Shown: in pieces, positions 19,401-28,405 of the stretch
How positions within the stretch are numbered: the first letter of the stretch is position 1
Layout of the letters: each line of letters opens with the position of its first letter
DNA from: a virus
Reading direction: 5' to 3' (one strand)
DNA: 62,470 nucleotides
IMG/VR virus record: IMGVR_UViG_3300045988_065931
The notes under the pieces: generated by a model
The model's database searches: none
What the model was told of the DNA's origin: nothing
The model's input: the letters and a program-made list of their open reading frames with translations, nothing else
Position numbers and translations under genes: made by a program

Positions 19401-20406
19401 GCGAAATGTCATGTTGCCGCTTGAAAAAGGTACAAAAATAATGCCCGCGAATCAAACAAAGGCGTTTATGTCAGGCGCTCCACATTTTAAAGGCGGAATA
19501 GGTGAGTTTTTTGAAAACGCATGGAGTTCGGTAAAAAGTTTTACAGGGAATGTGTTGGATTATCTTACAAACCCAGGAGAAATTGTAAAAGTTGCAATCA
19601 GCAAGTTTGCAAATATATCAAATTTATTTGAACCGTGGTCGAGTGTGGCAGGTGGAATTATAAACAAGACATTTGATGGAATTGTACAGTATGTAAGCGG
19701 AATATTTGATTCAATACAGCCAAAATATAACCCATCAGCCGGAGTTGAACAATGGAGAAACATTGCCACTAAAGCATTGAAAATGACAGGTCAATTTTCA
19801 AAATCAAATTTAGACCTTTTGCTTTATCAGATGCAGACGGAATCCGGCGGAAACCCAAAAGCAATTAATAAATGGGATATAAATGCAATCAAAGGAACGC
19901 CTTCCAAAGGATTGATGCAGGTAATTGATCCGACTTTTAGAACGTACGCATATCCTGGATATGATAAGGATATTTACGATCCATTGTCAAACATATTAGC
20001 ATCTATTAGGTATACATTGGCTAGATACGGAAGCTTGTCAAACGGCTGGAAAGGTCATGGATATGCCAACGGAATAGGAAAAATTACATTGGCAGATTTA
20101 ATACCGAAGTATTCAGTAGGAGGATTCCCGGAAGACGGATTGTTTATGGCAAATCATAACGAGTTGGTAGGGACATTTTCCGATGGAAGAACTGCGGTTG
20201 CAAATAATTTGGATATTCAAAAAGGAATTGAAGAAGCGGCATACAGAGGTTTTTCTCGTGCAAATATGGAAAACCGAGAGCAAGAAAACCTATTGAGAGA
20301 ATTGATACAAGCGGTTAGAGATGGAAAACGAATTGTAGTAGACGGAAGAGAATTAGTGTCGATCACAGATTCGAGACGTGCAAGGAATGGATATTCGTTT
20401 ACTTAA
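16453..20406 (+). CDS. Tape measure protein with C-terminal lytic transglycosylase (SLT) domain
   Basis: 1317 aa. QMQTESGGNPKAIN...GLMQVIDPTF motif. Confidence 0.9.
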   Translation: MCEMGTTVDSLEIQLQAQAGKANNAIDTLITKLGTLNTSLTKINGSGLSGVANGVDKLSRSMQGLKNVGTADYTRFAKGIEKIANLNSGQISKAASAIVGFGKGLQSLNSVNVSKTSEQVANLAKGISQLGYKSSTKAIENIPLLAKSMRQLMSELSKAPKVSQNLIDMTNALAKLARTGASSGRAANALSGSLNTYTKSTHKASRGTKGLASALGKMYATYWLLFRFVGKIGDSITIASDLVEVQNVVDTVFGDMSSKVEEYAQNSIKQFGMSELSFKQYASRFQAMGSAMGIDTSSIESANSFLNKATGGYVGLSDSMADVSLTLTQLTADMASFYNVSQKDVAEDLSAIFTGETRPLRTYGLDLTQATLAEWAMKNGLDANVQSMSQAEKTMLRYQYVLANTTSAQGDFARTAGTWANQIRILQEQIKKFASVIGTGFIAAFKPFVQTLNKVMAKVIDFTQNVLNALGQIFGWEFEISGGGITDDLGDVSGDLADSAGSAGDLSDNLGQAAKNAKKLHTLGIDELNIVEPDNGTTGSAGAGASGGSGGAGSGEVGGLIANFKPNDKMLDAYKSSIKSLEQLGKYISVTLSNTLEKINWDSVYEKAKNFGTGLADFLNGLIKPRLFYDLGKTVANSINTAFQSANAFAVEFDWENLGESIAKSIKGFFENWDPEIAADTFSNFANGILESLTEFINTLQDDKTFEDIGQKIVDFICGIEWGDLAWNLYKFGKALVKAMANLPNDFARGALQSLVDKIFSEDAEVKVGDIALPPTSLSGLMLQLGNIKEWVGETASSIGEQFRKGWDEAKKSWENGSGFFEGLWEGIKVVFSPVTEWFGEKFDKGYEGIKKAWSFIESWFSKKWEAIKSPFKNVGPWFKTAFKNAYDAIKNIWKGLGDFFKEIAENAFKPIKTLVNGVIKGVNWVLKKVGSDTRVSEWDGIKFAKGSDGVPQNTLGIVNDQAGSTYKELIIPPSGKPFIPDGRNVMLPLEKGTKIMPANQTKAFMSGAPHFKGGIGEFFENAWSSVKSFTGNVLDYLTNPGEIVKVAISKFANISNLFEPWSSVAGGIINKTFDGIVQYVSGIFDSIQPKYNPSAGVEQWRNIATKALKMTGQFSKSNLDLLLYQMQTESGGNPKAINKWDINAIKGTPSKGLMQVIDPTFRTYAYPGYDKDIYDPLSNILASIRYTLARYGSLSNGWKGHGYANGIGKITLADLIPKYSVGGFPEDGLFMANHNELVGTFSDGRTAVANNLDIQKGIEEAAYRGFSRANMENREQENLLRELIQAVRDGKRIVVDGRELVSITDSRRARNGYSFT

Positions 20407-20415
20407 AAGGAAAAG

Positions 20416-20441
20416 CGCCTACTTCGGTAGGTACTTTTTTA
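20416..20441 (+). terminator. Rho-independent terminator CCTAC-TTCG-GTAGG + T-run
   Basis: Read directly after the tape measure stop. Confidence 0.6.
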
Positions 20442-20462
20442 TTAAAAAACAGGAGGTTGAAT

Positions 20463-20852
20463 ATGGCATTATCATCGTTTTTGAACGTAAATGGTTATGA
20501 CTTTCCACCGCCGAGACGCGGGTTTTCATGGACGATAACAACGACAGTAAACGGTGGAAGAAATGAGAACAACGCAGTTATTGGTCAAAGAGTTGGAAGG
20601 GATTTGTACAAACTTAGTAATCTCGAGTGGGTCGGTCTTAATCCAGAAACTCGAAAGATGATGTTAGATGCCATAAAACCATTTTACGTTCCTGTTACAT
20701 TTGAAGATATGGCGAATCCGGGACACCCGATCACTATTATAATGTACCCCGGAGATAGGAGCGGAAAACCGTTATTTGTAGATAGGCTAACTCATATGGT
20801 AACAAAAGATGAGACGCTTTCATTTAATTTGATTGACGCCGGTTTGGAGTGA
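20463..20852 (+). CDS. Distal tail protein-like
   Basis: First gene after the tape measure. RBS aggagg. Confidence 0.45.
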   Translation: MALSSFLNVNGYDFPPPRRGFSWTITTTVNGGRNENNAVIGQRVGRDLYKLSNLEWVGLNPETRKMMLDAIKPFYVPVTFEDMANPGHPITIIMYPGDRSGKPLFVDRLTHMVTKDETLSFNLIDAGLE

Positions 20853-20858
20853 TCGTAT

Positions 20859-23090
20859 ATGCAAATGGCAAGTAAAGAATACATAGAATCAATGAAACTT
20901 CCGTTTCGGAATAGAGGATATGTAAAAGTAAGCATAGGAGTTGTAAATTCTGATGCACAGAACAATGCTAAAGTAACAAACACGGAATTATTGTATCTGG
21001 CAAATAAAGAAAAACCGTTTGATGGTTACGATGTAAATAAAATATACGCAACATGTGAACAAAATTTCTCAAAAGTCGATGGGACAATGTATTTTCCGCC
21101 GCGAAAAGATAGTGGATTAGAAATTTATAACAACGGAATCATCACAAATGAAATTCTTGGAAGTGCGAAAATAGAATTTACAGATAAATCAGGATTAGAC
21201 ATAAAAGGAATAACAATAGATTTCGGTCATTGTTATCCGACAGAATTTACTATAGAGACAAATTTGACCACTAGAATCTATAAAAATAGTTCGGAAAAAT
21301 TTGTTACCGAAGATTCTTTTGACGGAACGAATTATTTTTGGATAAAGCCAAAAACTATGGTGAATGGGAAAGGCAGACTCAGAATTGGAAACATGATATT
21401 TGGAATTGCAAATACATTTACAAATGAAAAAGTGATGGGTTGCAGCATGAAAGAATATGTTTCTCCGATATCAGAAAGTATTCCAAGTATGGATGTTTCT
21501 ATCAAGGTTGATAACCAAGATTTGTATTATAGCGTAGACAATCCAGAAAGCGCTATTGCGTATATGGAAATAGGACAGGAAGTGAAAGTTACCTTCGGAT
21601 ATGATGTGACAGGAAACGGTGATATAGAGTGGCTTAATGAAACAACGACATATCTTAATTCATGGTCAGCAAATGACACAGAGGCTGTATTTACATCAAC
21701 AGATAGATTTTATCAGTTGAGGGATAACTTTTACGGAGGAAAATACAGAAAAGATGGAATCTCTTTATATGATTTGGCTTTAGAAGTTTTGGAAAGCGCT
21801 GGAATTACAGATGAAAGAGAATATTATATAGATCCATATTTAAAAAAGATAATTGTGTATAATCCACTTCCAGTTGTAAGTCATGCAGAAGCGTTGCAGA
21901 TTATTGCAAATGCCGGAAGATGTGCATTGAGAGAAGATAGAAAAAATAAAATCATATTGCGTTCATCATTTGTTCCCAATATGATTGCCGAAACAAATGA
22001 TATTGCAAATTTTGGTAAGATAGACAACATCTTGAAAGAGAGTAAAAAAGATGCTTACGCAAATGCAAGTAAAGACTTTTCCGTAGTAGATGGAAGTCTT
22101 TATTTTTTGCCGAAAGACAATAATTACCTAAATACTGGATATGTAAGCGATTCTGTTTCGGATGGAAATGGAATATTTCAAAAAAACCCGAAAATCACAG
22201 TGAACTTGGAATCTTCATTCGATGCGTATGGCTTGATTATTAATTTTAGAAACACAGCACCGGAAGAATTTAAAATAGTAACATATAACAATGGAGTCTT
22301 AAAAGAAGAGTTTATTGTAAAAAAACCGGATATTAGTTTTTTAACAGATCATGTTTTTCTTGAGTTTAATAAAATGGTAATTGAGGTAACAAAAGGATAT
22401 TCAAATTCAAGATTATTCATAGATAATATTTTGATTAATGATGTTACGGATTATAGATTGGACAGGGTAAGGGATTTGATTAAAAATCCTACCGGAACAC
22501 GATATGAAAAAATAAAAAATATTGTGATTACTAGAGAAAATTACAAGGAAAGCACCGGAGCGATTGAAGAGCTTATCCAAGAAACAGTTTCTTTTGAAAG
22601 CGATTCTGAATATACGATTTACTTTAACAGGCCGTCATACGGATTTAAAGTATCAGTTCCAGAAAATCCAGAGTTAAAAGTGAGTATTGTTGATTCAAGC
22701 GATTTTTACATTAAAGTGCGAATCACTAATATAAAGGCAAAAACAGATGTAAAAGTAAAGGTTGAGGGATATGAGTATCTTACAGAAGAAAATAACTACA
22801 TTGTGAATCACAACGTAAACGGTCAAGAAATCACATGGAATAACCCTCTTATAAGCACAATTCAGCACGCAAAAGATTTGGAAGAATGGATAGCGGAATA
22901 TTATCTCGGAAACATAGACTACGAAATCTCGTGGCGTGGAGACCCAAGAACGGAGGCGAATGATTTGTTCTACATGGAACTAAAAGGAAGAGAAGACGCT
23001 TTGATTCGCTCTTATCAAAATGAAATATCCTTTAACGGAGCGTGGTCTGGAAACATGAAAGCTAGAAAGGTGGAAATGTCATGGAGGTAG
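20859..23090 (+). CDS. Tail-associated / baseplate hub protein
   Basis: 743 aa, second gene after the tape measure. Confidence 0.55.
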   Translation: MQMASKEYIESMKLPFRNRGYVKVSIGVVNSDAQNNAKVTNTELLYLANKEKPFDGYDVNKIYATCEQNFSKVDGTMYFPPRKDSGLEIYNNGIITNEILGSAKIEFTDKSGLDIKGITIDFGHCYPTEFTIETNLTTRIYKNSSEKFVTEDSFDGTNYFWIKPKTMVNGKGRLRIGNMIFGIANTFTNEKVMGCSMKEYVSPISESIPSMDVSIKVDNQDLYYSVDNPESAIAYMEIGQEVKVTFGYDVTGNGDIEWLNETTTYLNSWSANDTEAVFTSTDRFYQLRDNFYGGKYRKDGISLYDLALEVLESAGITDEREYYIDPYLKKIIVYNPLPVVSHAEALQIIANAGRCALREDRKNKIILRSSFVPNMIAETNDIANFGKIDNILKESKKDAYANASKDFSVVDGSLYFLPKDNNYLNTGYVSDSVSDGNGIFQKNPKITVNLESSFDAYGLIINFRNTAPEEFKIVTYNNGVLKEEFIVKKPDISFLTDHVFLEFNKMVIEVTKGYSNSRLFIDNILINDVTDYRLDRVRDLIKNPTGTRYEKIKNIVITRENYKESTGAIEELIQETVSFESDSEYTIYFNRPSYGFKVSVPENPELKVSIVDSSDFYIKVRITNIKAKTDVKVKVEGYEYLTEENNYIVNHNVNGQEITWNNPLISTIQHAKDLEEWIAEYYLGNIDYEISWRGDPRTEANDLFYMELKGREDALIRSYQNEISFNGAWSGNMKARKVEMSWR

Positions 23091-23497
23091 ATTGGATAAA
23101 ACCAAAAACAAATTGGGCGTCTACAGACAAAATGAATTTAGAAGATTACAACCGAATAAAAAACAATATCCTATATTTAAAAGAAAAAGCAAATGAAGTT
23201 AATAAAGAATTTTCGATTCAAAATATGGGAGAAGATATTGTTGATTATTTGGAGTTGTGGGATTATGAGAAATTCAATTTGTTTGAGGGTAATATAGAAA
23301 AGATAAATCAATCAATTTTCACACAGGATATCGGAATCAAAAAGACGTTCTATCCGAATGGAATGTTTATCAAATACGATGAACTTAACAGAGTGGAAAA
23401 AGCATGTGAAAAAATGAAAGATATTATTGAAAGACAGACTATCGGTCTTAGAAAAATTCCATTTATTCTTGGAAGATTTAAGGAGGTAAGAATATAA
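23081..23497 (+). CDS. Tail/baseplate accessory protein
   Basis: Called from position. Overlapping coupled starts. Confidence 0.4.
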   Translation: MEVDWIKPKTNWASTDKMNLEDYNRIKNNILYLKEKANEVNKEFSIQNMGEDIVDYLELWDYEKFNLFEGNIEKINQSIFTQDIGIKKTFYPNGMFIKYDELNRVEKACEKMKDIIERQTIGLRKIPFILGRFKEVRI

Positions 23498-24159
23498 TGC
23501 CAAAGCAAGAATTACCTGTCAATTTTAAAGATGATATATTAGCTTCAAGCATGGCTGGAAAAAGAAAGTACTTAATTACTCAAAACGAAGATGCAAGCTA
23601 TTCTTTGGAAGACGTAACAGATTATACTCAATCCGGGAGTAATCTAGGGGCTAAACAAATTAATGAAATATGCCAAGCTATAAACGATTCCGCCGATAAA
23701 TCTAGAATCATAGACAATCTTGATGATATAGTGGCGAACAAAACACCGGGGATGATCGCAGGAGCGCAGGCTGTAGCTGCGCTAAATGCATATTTGTTAC
23801 AATTACAAGCGCATCATGATAAAAAGACGCTCACACCGACCGATCTGGGAATAAGGGTCGGAGTGTGGACAACCATAGCAAACAACTCGTATAAAATCGG
23901 TAAAACGATACACCTAAATATGGAAATTTATACAACTGCCACAATAGTCGCGAATAATGTGTACGACAATGTTTTTACGATACCGTCACAGTATCGCCCA
24001 TTAAATGATACTGTTGTAAATGTGACAGCGTCAGATGGGTCATATAAAAATCCGGTGGCCTGCACATCTATGGCAAGGACAAACGGAAATTTGTTTATCT
24101 GCATACCAAAAGCAACAAACAGCTATCTTTTTATCGATGCGGAGTGGGAAATTAAATAA
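23497..24159 (+). CDS. Tail fibre / receptor-binding protein (constant N-part + current C-terminal tip)
   Basis: RBS aaggaggt. Beta-rich C-terminus. Shares the junction motif LNAYLLQLQ with the inverted cassette. Confidence 0.55.
   Translation: MPKQELPVNFKDDILASSMAGKRKYLITQNEDASYSLEDVTDYTQSGSNLGAKQINEICQAINDSADKSRIIDNLDDIVANKTPGMIAGAQAVAALNAYLLQLQAHHDKKTLTPTDLGIRVGVWTTIANNSYKIGKTIHLNMEIYTTATIVANNVYDNVFTIPSQYRPLNDTVVNVTASDGSYKNPVACTSMARTNGNLFICIPKATNSYLFIDAEWEIK
23784..23810. repeat. Left inverted repeat of the putative fibre-tip switch
   Basis: aaatgcatatttgttacaattacaagc matches the reverse complement of 24524-24550 at 20 of 27 positions. Identical cores are AATGC and TATTTGTT. Confidence 0.5.
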
Positions 24160-24165
24160 CGCTTA

Positions 24166-24550
24166 TCACTTCCACGTTCCACGCGCGTAATAGGATAAAT
24201 CAAAACTTGCTGTATTCCATACCGTAGCAGCAAGCAAATGGTATGAAAAGCTTGATTTGTAGTCATTTGCAGATCCGTACACCTTGCCCCATATCGCGCC
24301 GCCAGCTCCTATTGTGAGCACGATATTACATTTTGTTTTTGATGCAACCGGGAAGTTTAATGTAAATTGTCCGCTTGTGTAAATGCTACCAGCTTTTGTT
24401 CCGATCGCGCACGTAAATGGAGAATTGAACCACATTTCAAGAGTTCCGTCGCTCCATTTGCGATATTTACCATTAGCATTGCTATCTTCTTCGATAACAT
24501 GATTTTTGACTTTTCCAGTTTCAGGTTGCAACTCCAACAAATACGCATTA
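24166..24550 (-). other. Start-less alternative fibre-tip coding cassette in inverted orientation
   Basis: The minus-strand frame encodes LNNAYLLELQPETGK...YRKWSDGTLEMWF...YYARGTWK. It has no RBS or plausible start. Its 5' end overlaps the RBS and start of the + gene at 24579. Confidence 0.5.
24524..24550. repeat. Right inverted repeat of the putative fibre-tip switch
   Basis: ggttgcaactccaacaaatacgcatta. It is in the same codon phase as the left copy. Confidence 0.5.
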
Positions 24551-24578
24551 TTCAAACAAATAAAAAGGAGAAATACAT

Positions 24579-25757
24579 ATGGCATATATAAGATTCTTAG
24601 GAGAAAAAACTCCGCACAAAGCAACCGTAATTCCGACAAATAATATCGTTACGGTTAAGTTTGGAACTGATGTAATAGAAAATAAAAATGGGTTTGATCT
24701 ATTTCTTGATAAAGAATGCACAATAGATATCGGCGGGACTTTTTATCAAAAATTTACAACTATTTACAGGAATGATTCTGTTACAAAAAAGTACAACGGA
24801 TATCAATTATCAAACGACGGAAGTGTATATGTCGAGCCTGAAATTTCTCCTAATCCTAAACCTTACAACCCTACATTGGATGAGGTAAAGGAAAGTAAAA
24901 AAGCGGAAATTAAGATGAAAGTACAAAATGAAATATTGTCAGATGTTATGATAGCGTCTTATGCGTTTGGCTACAACGAATCTGACGTGATTGCCATTAG
25001 AAACGCATACGAAGACAGTATTTCAAGCGGAATGTCAGTTATTTTAAAAGATTCAACCGGACAGTCACGAGAATTGAATGAGGAAGAAATTACTGACTTG
25101 TATAAAAAGCAAGAGATCAAGCGTTTAGAAAAAGAAAGTTATGCGCAGTGTTTGTTGGATTATATTGATGGATTAACGAGCAAGGAAGCGGTTAATTCGG
25201 TTGAGTACGGCGATGAATTAACAGGAAAATATCTCGAAAAGTATAACGAAAAGGTATCAAACACTCAAAGTTACATCGAAAAAGTGATTAGCGGTAAAAA
25301 AGCGGTTGTGGATCAGGCAAAAATCGCTTCTCTCACTAATACGGACGCACAAGCCGTTGAAGTAAAAGGGCTGTACGCAGATTGGGAAGATGATCCAGAC
25401 GGGTACGCATATGATGTACAAAACCAAAAAGATAAAAGAAGAAACTTTGGAGGGTTCTTGTGGAATCTGAATAAGAATCACCAGAAACAAAAGGACCGTT
25501 TTCCGGGGGCAGAACCTACATTGTGGACACAGCTTGTCGAAGGTTACGAAGGATCGTATTCAGATCCTATTCCCGTGCCAGATAGCGTAAACGTAAGTGG
25601 ATTTGAATATGAATACGGGAAGTATTATATCGAAAATGAGTTAGTTTATTTGTGTAAGAGAGGTGGAGTTCTTAATCCAGAATCAATGTATGGTCAAAAA
25701 GAAAAATTGTATTTTAAACCATCGGCACTCATTGGACAATATTTTGAAATAGCGTAG
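24579..25757 (+). CDS. Tail fibre-associated protein with conserved C-terminal module
   Basis: 392 aa. C-terminus DPIP...YYIENELVYLCKRG...LIGQYFEIA is shared with the 27659 gene. Confidence 0.5.
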   Translation: MAYIRFLGEKTPHKATVIPTNNIVTVKFGTDVIENKNGFDLFLDKECTIDIGGTFYQKFTTIYRNDSVTKKYNGYQLSNDGSVYVEPEISPNPKPYNPTLDEVKESKKAEIKMKVQNEILSDVMIASYAFGYNESDVIAIRNAYEDSISSGMSVILKDSTGQSRELNEEEITDLYKKQEIKRLEKESYAQCLLDYIDGLTSKEAVNSVEYGDELTGKYLEKYNEKVSNTQSYIEKVISGKKAVVDQAKIASLTNTDAQAVEVKGLYADWEDDPDGYAYDVQNQKDKRRNFGGFLWNLNKNHQKQKDRFPGAEPTLWTQLVEGYEGSYSDPIPVPDSVNVSGFEYEYGKYYIENELVYLCKRGGVLNPESMYGQKEKLYFKPSALIGQYFEIA

Positions 25758-25768
25758 GAGGAACAGAA

Positions 25769-26011
25769 ATGGCGATAGCACAAACAATAACGGTTGTGGA
25801 CGGAAAGACGTATCAGCCGGGAGAAGAGATATGGGATTTAGGCAGTTTTGCTTGTGTGGATGTGAGAGGGAATATCAGAAGCTATGAGGGATTATCGAGT
25901 GATATATCAAAACTTCCGCATTATGTAGGCGCAGGAAGTTCGGCGTTATGTCTTGACACCGGAGATTATTATAAATTCCATAAGGAAACAGATCAATGGT
26001 ATAAATTGTAA
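25769..26011 (+). CDS. Hypothetical tail-region protein
   Basis: RBS taggagga, 80 aa. Confidence 0.45.
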   Translation: MAIAQTITVVDGKTYQPGEEIWDLGSFACVDVRGNIRSYEGLSSDISKLPHYVGAGSSALCLDTGDYYKFHKETDQWYKL

Positions 26012-26028
26012 ATTGATGAGGTACAACT

Positions 26029-26430
26029 ATGAGAGCAGACGAAGTATATGCAATTTTGCTAAAGAAAATTAGAAGTAGCGGAGGCGAGATTTCACCAGAG
26101 CAGCTTCAGGAAGCAATTAAAAATTATTTACAGAAAAATCCGATCAGTACAAACATAAAAGAAGAACGTCCTCAAGAAACTACATATGCGTTAAAACCGA
26201 ACGTACAAGCAGTATGGGGAGAAGTTACAGAGTTAAATTTAACGCTTGAAGAAGAGTTACCTGATGCCGTAAATATCTATCCATTTTGGTTCACAAGTGG
26301 ATCAACGCCAACTAAGGTGATACTACCGTCAACAATCGCGTTAGATGGATTCGTCACACAGGCAAACAAGAAATATTGTTGTCAGATTGAACAAAATGCG
26401 ATGTTTTGGAAGGAGTTTGATATTACATGA
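26029..26430 (+). CDS. Hypothetical tail-region protein
   Basis: ORF and position only. Confidence 0.45.
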   Translation: MRADEVYAILLKKIRSSGGEISPEQLQEAIKNYLQKNPISTNIKEERPQETTYALKPNVQAVWGEVTELNLTLEEELPDAVNIYPFWFTSGSTPTKVILPSTIALDGFVTQANKKYCCQIEQNAMFWKEFDIT

Positions 26431-27662
26431 TATTTTTAAAAAGAAGAGCTTTTATGACTTTCAAATTTAACTACGAAACGTCAAAAGGAATAAAGCAAGT
26501 GATATTGACAAATTGCGGACAAGCTCCTTTTAAACGATTTAGTATACTAGGTAATTCACATCAAGACAGCACAACAGGAAAACAGTTGTTTAAACTAACA
26601 GACAATTATTTACATGCATATTTTTATCACGGAGAAAATAAAGAAATTGTACCATATTCTAGTAATGCTGTGGTGTATTTGCCCTGTGAACCAAACACAA
26701 CCTACACAATACATGGTAGAAAAAATATTAACAATGATATGACAAGAAAAAATAGGGTTGGTTTAACATCGGAACTCCCAGCGTTTAATGTTAAGATTAC
26801 TAAAACGGCTGAAACAACATTAGATAAACCTTTAACTATTACTACCGAAGAAGATACAAAATATCTTGTTATAATGGCTATTACCGATGGAGAGATTGGG
26901 CAGTTAAATTTTGATAAGGTTCTTGAGAATAACACATCTAAGCTTATGGTGGAGGTTGGAGACAAAGCATCTCCTTATGAGCCATACACAGGCGGTAAAC
27001 CATCCCCATCACCCGATTATCTACAAGAAATCAAGAGTGTCGGAAAATGGAATGATGAGAAGCAGAAGTATGAAGTGGATGTGAAAGTTACCAACGCCGA
27101 GCAGAATTGGAGCAAAGAGCAAGTCCTCACTCTCACATCCGACCGCCCTCTCACAAAGTGGGACAGACTGGTAGAGCAGGGTGGAGAGATTGGGTGGCTG
27201 TATGCAGGGGTTGTTATTGACAGATTTGACGGACAATCTAACAAAATAAGTATTGCAAATAAACAGGGAAATGTTCAAAACTTTTCAATTCGATTCGAGA
27301 ATGTGGCGAATGGAAACGGAAATTCAGATATTTTTGTGGATAAATATAGGGCTGTCCAATTATCATATACCAAAGCAGAATACGGAATCTGTTGCAACTG
27401 GAATGACGGAGTTAAATATTTTAGCGCACCAAACGAAAACGTCGCAACAGTCGATGAATTTAAGGCGTGGCTCATAGAAAATCCGTTAAAAATCGCTTAC
27501 GAAACTACGAACCCCGAATTCGTCCCCCTACCACAATCCGAACAAGACGCTGTCCGAAACTTAAAAACCTACTATCCAACAACAGTCATCATGGTAGATG
27601 GTGGAGACGTAGATGCGGGAATTGAAGTGGAATATGCTGTAAAAAATAAGGAGAAAATATGA
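26427..27662 (+). CDS. Tail fibre / structural protein
   Basis: 411 aa. Contains a PSPSPDYLQEIKSVG motif of the kind I recall seeing in Firmicute phage fibre proteins. Confidence 0.5.
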   Translation: MIFLKRRAFMTFKFNYETSKGIKQVILTNCGQAPFKRFSILGNSHQDSTTGKQLFKLTDNYLHAYFYHGENKEIVPYSSNAVVYLPCEPNTTYTIHGRKNINNDMTRKNRVGLTSELPAFNVKITKTAETTLDKPLTITTEEDTKYLVIMAITDGEIGQLNFDKVLENNTSKLMVEVGDKASPYEPYTGGKPSPSPDYLQEIKSVGKWNDEKQKYEVDVKVTNAEQNWSKEQVLTLTSDRPLTKWDRLVEQGGEIGWLYAGVVIDRFDGQSNKISIANKQGNVQNFSIRFENVANGNGNSDIFVDKYRAVQLSYTKAEYGICCNWNDGVKYFSAPNENVATVDEFKAWLIENPLKIAYETTNPEFVPLPQSEQDAVRNLKTYYPTTVIMVDGGDVDAGIEVEYAVKNKEKI

Positions 27663-28375
27663 ATACGAACTTTGGAAAATTAGAAGACGGAATATTGATA
27701 TATGCACCATCTGTTTTACGCGTTGGCGATAAACAAATTATTTCCCCCGATAAAGATGATTATCTTAACAGTGGATATTTACCGATCGTAACAGGCGATG
27801 ATTTGGAATACAAGGAAGGATTTGAAATCGTCACCTCATATAAGGTAGTTGAAGAAAGTCAAGCACCTGACGGAGAAATGATTCCGAAACATATTTTAAG
27901 GGTTCAAGAATATCAGGAGATCTTTGAAACTCCATACATCCCCACAAAAAATGATCTTGCGATGGAGCTTATGATGGTGAGAATTCCAGAAGAAATTAAC
28001 ACTTATAATCTCACAAATGATGAAGCGATTCGTTATAAGTCGCTACACCCTACATTTAGTGAAATCGTTGGACAAACGGTGAAAAGAGGATTTAGGTTTG
28101 TTTACGAAAACGAACTCTATTCCGTAAATCAAGATAACCTCACGATTCAAGAGCAGCATTCGCCCGGAACTGGAACAGAAAGTTTGTACGAAATTGTAGA
28201 TGAGGAACACAGTGGAACAAAAGATGATCCTATTCCGTGGAGAAAAAACATGCAATGTTACAAAGATAAATATTATATTCAAAATGAGATTGTGTATAAA
28301 TGTACAAGAGATTCAGGAAATGCATTGCAAAATGATATCATAGATTTGATCGGACATTATTTTGAAGTTGCATAA
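27659..28375 (+). CDS. Tail fibre-associated protein with the same C-terminal module as 24579-25757
   Basis: DDPIPW...KYYIQNEIVYKCTRD...LIGHYFEVA. Confidence 0.5.
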   Translation: MNTNFGKLEDGILIYAPSVLRVGDKQIISPDKDDYLNSGYLPIVTGDDLEYKEGFEIVTSYKVVEESQAPDGEMIPKHILRVQEYQEIFETPYIPTKNDLAMELMMVRIPEEINTYNLTNDEAIRYKSLHPTFSEIVGQTVKRGFRFVYENELYSVNQDNLTIQEQHSPGTGTESLYEIVDEEHSGTKDDPIPWRKNMQCYKDKYYIQNEIVYKCTRDSGNALQNDIIDLIGHYFEVA

Positions 28376-28379
28376 TCAA

Positions 28380-28400
28380 TAGGCGGGGCATCCCCGCCTA
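28380..28400. terminator. Bidirectional terminator hairpin TAGGCGGGG-cat-CCCCGCCTA
   Basis: Perfect 9-bp stem between convergent genes. Confidence 0.7.
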
Positions 28401-28405
28401 TAATA

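Noticed and set aside
24367-24639. The + ORF 24367-24591, and the N-terminal 30 aa of the minus ORF 24166-24639
   Set aside because: The + ORF is antisense to the fibre-tip cassette and has no RBS. The minus-strand N-terminus is just the reverse complement of the RBS and start of gene 24579.
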